A stretch of 64,000 bases of DNA from a virus (taxonomy: Duplodnaviria > Caudoviricetes): positions 58,564 through 122,563 of the IMG/VR virus record IMGVR_UViG_2974623408_000001. One strand, written 5' to 3'. The notes below the pieces were generated by a model. The model was not told where the DNA came from, did no database searches, and saw only the letters and a program-made list of their open reading frames with translations. Below, piece after piece: positions 62,001-64,000 of the stretch (the stretch's first letter is position 1; the number at the start of each line of letters is the position of its first letter). The position numbers were made by a program, and so were the translations under genes.

Positions 62001-63863
62001 TTTTGTTTGTACGTTGATCATATCACGGGGGCGCGTCAAGCGCAACCCCCGTGATATGCGATTGTCAGCCCAGCTGGAACGTGGGCGTGGCTGCCTTGAC
62101 GAGGCTCACCTTCGGGGCCGGGGCGAAGGCGATGCGCTGACGCGCGTTGGCGAGGCCCAGCAGCACCGCGTTGCGCACGCGATCCTCGGTCGCGCCGTAG
62201 CAGAGCGCCTTGGCTGCAGCCCGCTGAATGCGCGTGATCTGCGCGTCGAAGGCGTCGCTCATCGCGTACGTGCCCTGCTTGAAGGCGATCAGCTCGCGAT
62301 GACGCTCGACATGAACGGCGACCCGGGCGACGTTCTTGCTGGCTCGATTGCTGTTCGGGCCGACGGGCAGCCCCGCGTCGATGCGATCATTGATCCGGGC
62401 GGCCGCCTCATCGATGGCGTCGGCCACGACGGCCTGGGCGATGATGGCGTTCACGTTGTTGGTGGTGATGGCGTTCATTGTGGTGCCTTTCGTTCGTGGT
62501 GTCGATCGTTTTTCGATCTGGTATAACCATATCAAGCCCCAGCGCAACGCGCAACCCCTATTTGGGAATTACAACGAACGTTGTCACGTAAAATTTTTTG
62601 CGCAGCCTATTGCGCAACGCGCCCACGCTTGATAGGATTGTGTCATGACAACGAACACCAGCCCCCGCCACACGCGCTACGACATCGACCCGCGCACCGG
62701 ACGTTACCACTGCGATGAATGTCATTGCTTCCTCGCCGAGGGCGACGCGTACCACGACATCGGTCACGACGAGGACGGCCCGTACGCCGACCTCATCATT
62801 GACTGCCGCAATTGCGGCCACCACCAGATGGTGCGCCCCCTGACCCGAGAGGACCGCTGACATGCGCGCCCTTCGCCGGCTCTGGACGAGCCCGGAGCAG
62901 CGCCGCCTTGAGCATCTGGCCGCCTCATTCGAGTCCAGAATCCAGCACCCCGCCTACATCGCACAACGAGAAAGGGAGGCAGAAAAGATCGCCCAGTGGC
63001 TGAACCAGCGCCCCTAGCGGCGCGTACTAATAGAAGGCACGTGCGCCCTACCCCAGGGCTGATGCCCGGGGCAAGGGCGGGCGCTCTCAGCAGCGACGAC
63101 AGACACCAAAAGAAAGGGTTGCGAAACGCACGAAAACACGATATGATAGACGTATGAACACAAACACCAACCCCCAGCCCACCGCCTACGATCTGGCCCA
63201 CCTCACGGACACCGTGTCCGAGGACGGCACCACCTGTGAGTGCGGGCAGGACGTATCAGACTGTGCGGCCACGCCCAACACGTGGAGGGAGACCATCTGA
63301 GAGCCCGCCCTGGGGCGCCCTACTATAAGGGTGCCCTAGGGGCAAGGGCCCTGCCACCTACAGGGCAGCATGCCCTGCCCACTACCACGGCAGCGATGCC
63401 TGGTTGGTACACAGGGCACTAATTTGTGTCGTGTGCAGAAGCACTATTTGCGTCGTATGCCTGCAGGGGTAGCACCACCAGGGTGGTGGGTGGCAGGACC
63501 TGGGAGTACCAGGGTGGCAGTGCCCCCTGGGCAGCAGGGCGGAGGGCAGGCAGGCAGGCAGGCGAGTGCCCCACCCTGCAGGCGCAGGGCAGGGCAGCTG
63601 GTGCCTCAGTGGAGCTTCGTGATCACGATGCGGGTGCGACCGTCAATCGTCGTCGTCGTGAACGTGCGTGCCTCTGCGTCGTACACAGGCGCCGCGTCGA
63701 TGACATCGAACTCGCCGCTGTCGTACACCTCGTGCAGGGCAGCAGCGACGTCGGCCACGTAATAGTGGTAGCGATTGTTCGGGTTGACGACGCTGGTGAC
63801 GGCGATGCTGGCGCCGAACTGGCTGAAATCGGCGGCGAGCTGGGGGCGGGCGTGTGCGGTCAT
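59029..63863 (-). other. Array of small hypothetical early genes, most with their own promoter and leader
   Basis: ORFs 59388-59606, 59654-59971, 60050-60349, 60703-60903, 60989-61315, 61727-61969, 62065-62478, 63606-63863 with GAAAGG/AAGGAG RBS. Confidence 0.7.
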
Positions 63864-63935
63864 TTCGGGCTCCTTGGTGGTGTTCGTTTTCGTTGTACGT
63901 TTATCGTATCACGCCAGCGCGCAACGCGCAACCCC
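59643..63935. promoter_or_regulatory. Repeated promoter motif (GGGG)TTGCGN-17 nt-TANNNT, 10 copies
   Basis: Minus-strand -10/-35 at 59643/59666, 60390/60413, 60945/60968, 61345/61368, 61648/61671, 62017/62040, 62526/62549, 63903/63926; plus-strand -35/-10 at 62610/62633, 63119/63142. Confidence 0.85.
60458..60496 (-). terminator. GC-rich hairpin with large loop, probable terminator
   Basis: CCCCCGCCGGGG-AGAACACCACGAAAA-CCCCGGCGGGGG. Confidence 0.6.
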
Positions 63936-64000
63936 TTTGCCATAAAAAATTCGACATTTGCTAAAGTGAAATCGCTCGCGGCGGCGCCTACGGGCGGCAC

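Noticed and set aside
59643-63935. Repeated CGCAACCCC units as a CRISPR array or integron attC sites
   Set aside because: Spacing is gene-sized and irregular, and each copy is the -35 element of a promoter with a 17-nt spacer.

Overview
A 64-kb internal segment of a large lytic actinobacteriophage, probably infecting Gordonia/Rhodococcus/Mycobacterium-like hosts (LGFP endolysin, WhiB, actinobacterial NrdF). Left to right: end of a tail gene and lysis cassette (+ strand, 1-3.0 kb); then mostly minus-strand genes: a VWA/MoxR-ATPase pair and WhiB; a DNA-modification block (divergent C5 methylase-like gene, T4 gp56-like dCTPase, four glycosyltransferase-like genes; 9.2-15.8 kb); a 9.6-kb RNA island (30 tRNAs covering all 20 amino acids, tmRNA, three HNH genes, several non-canonical RNAs; 17.1-26.8 kb); replication and nucleotide genes including a dCMP hydroxymethylase-like gene; many small genes; two AT-rich inverted-repeat regions; a terminase-small-subunit-like gene; and an array of small genes each with its own promoter. 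Most notable: (1) a conserved coiled-coil gene followed by an RNA with two circularly permuted tRNA-like modules, with a third module elsewhere; (2) all three HNH genes use tRNA positions U8-A9-G10 as their stop codon; (3) a tRNA-like domain inside the tmRNA; (4) a ~490-nt ROOL/GOLLD-like ncRNA candidate; (5) a probable glycosyl-hydroxymethylcytosine DNA hypermodification pathway. All calls were made by eye, without database searches.
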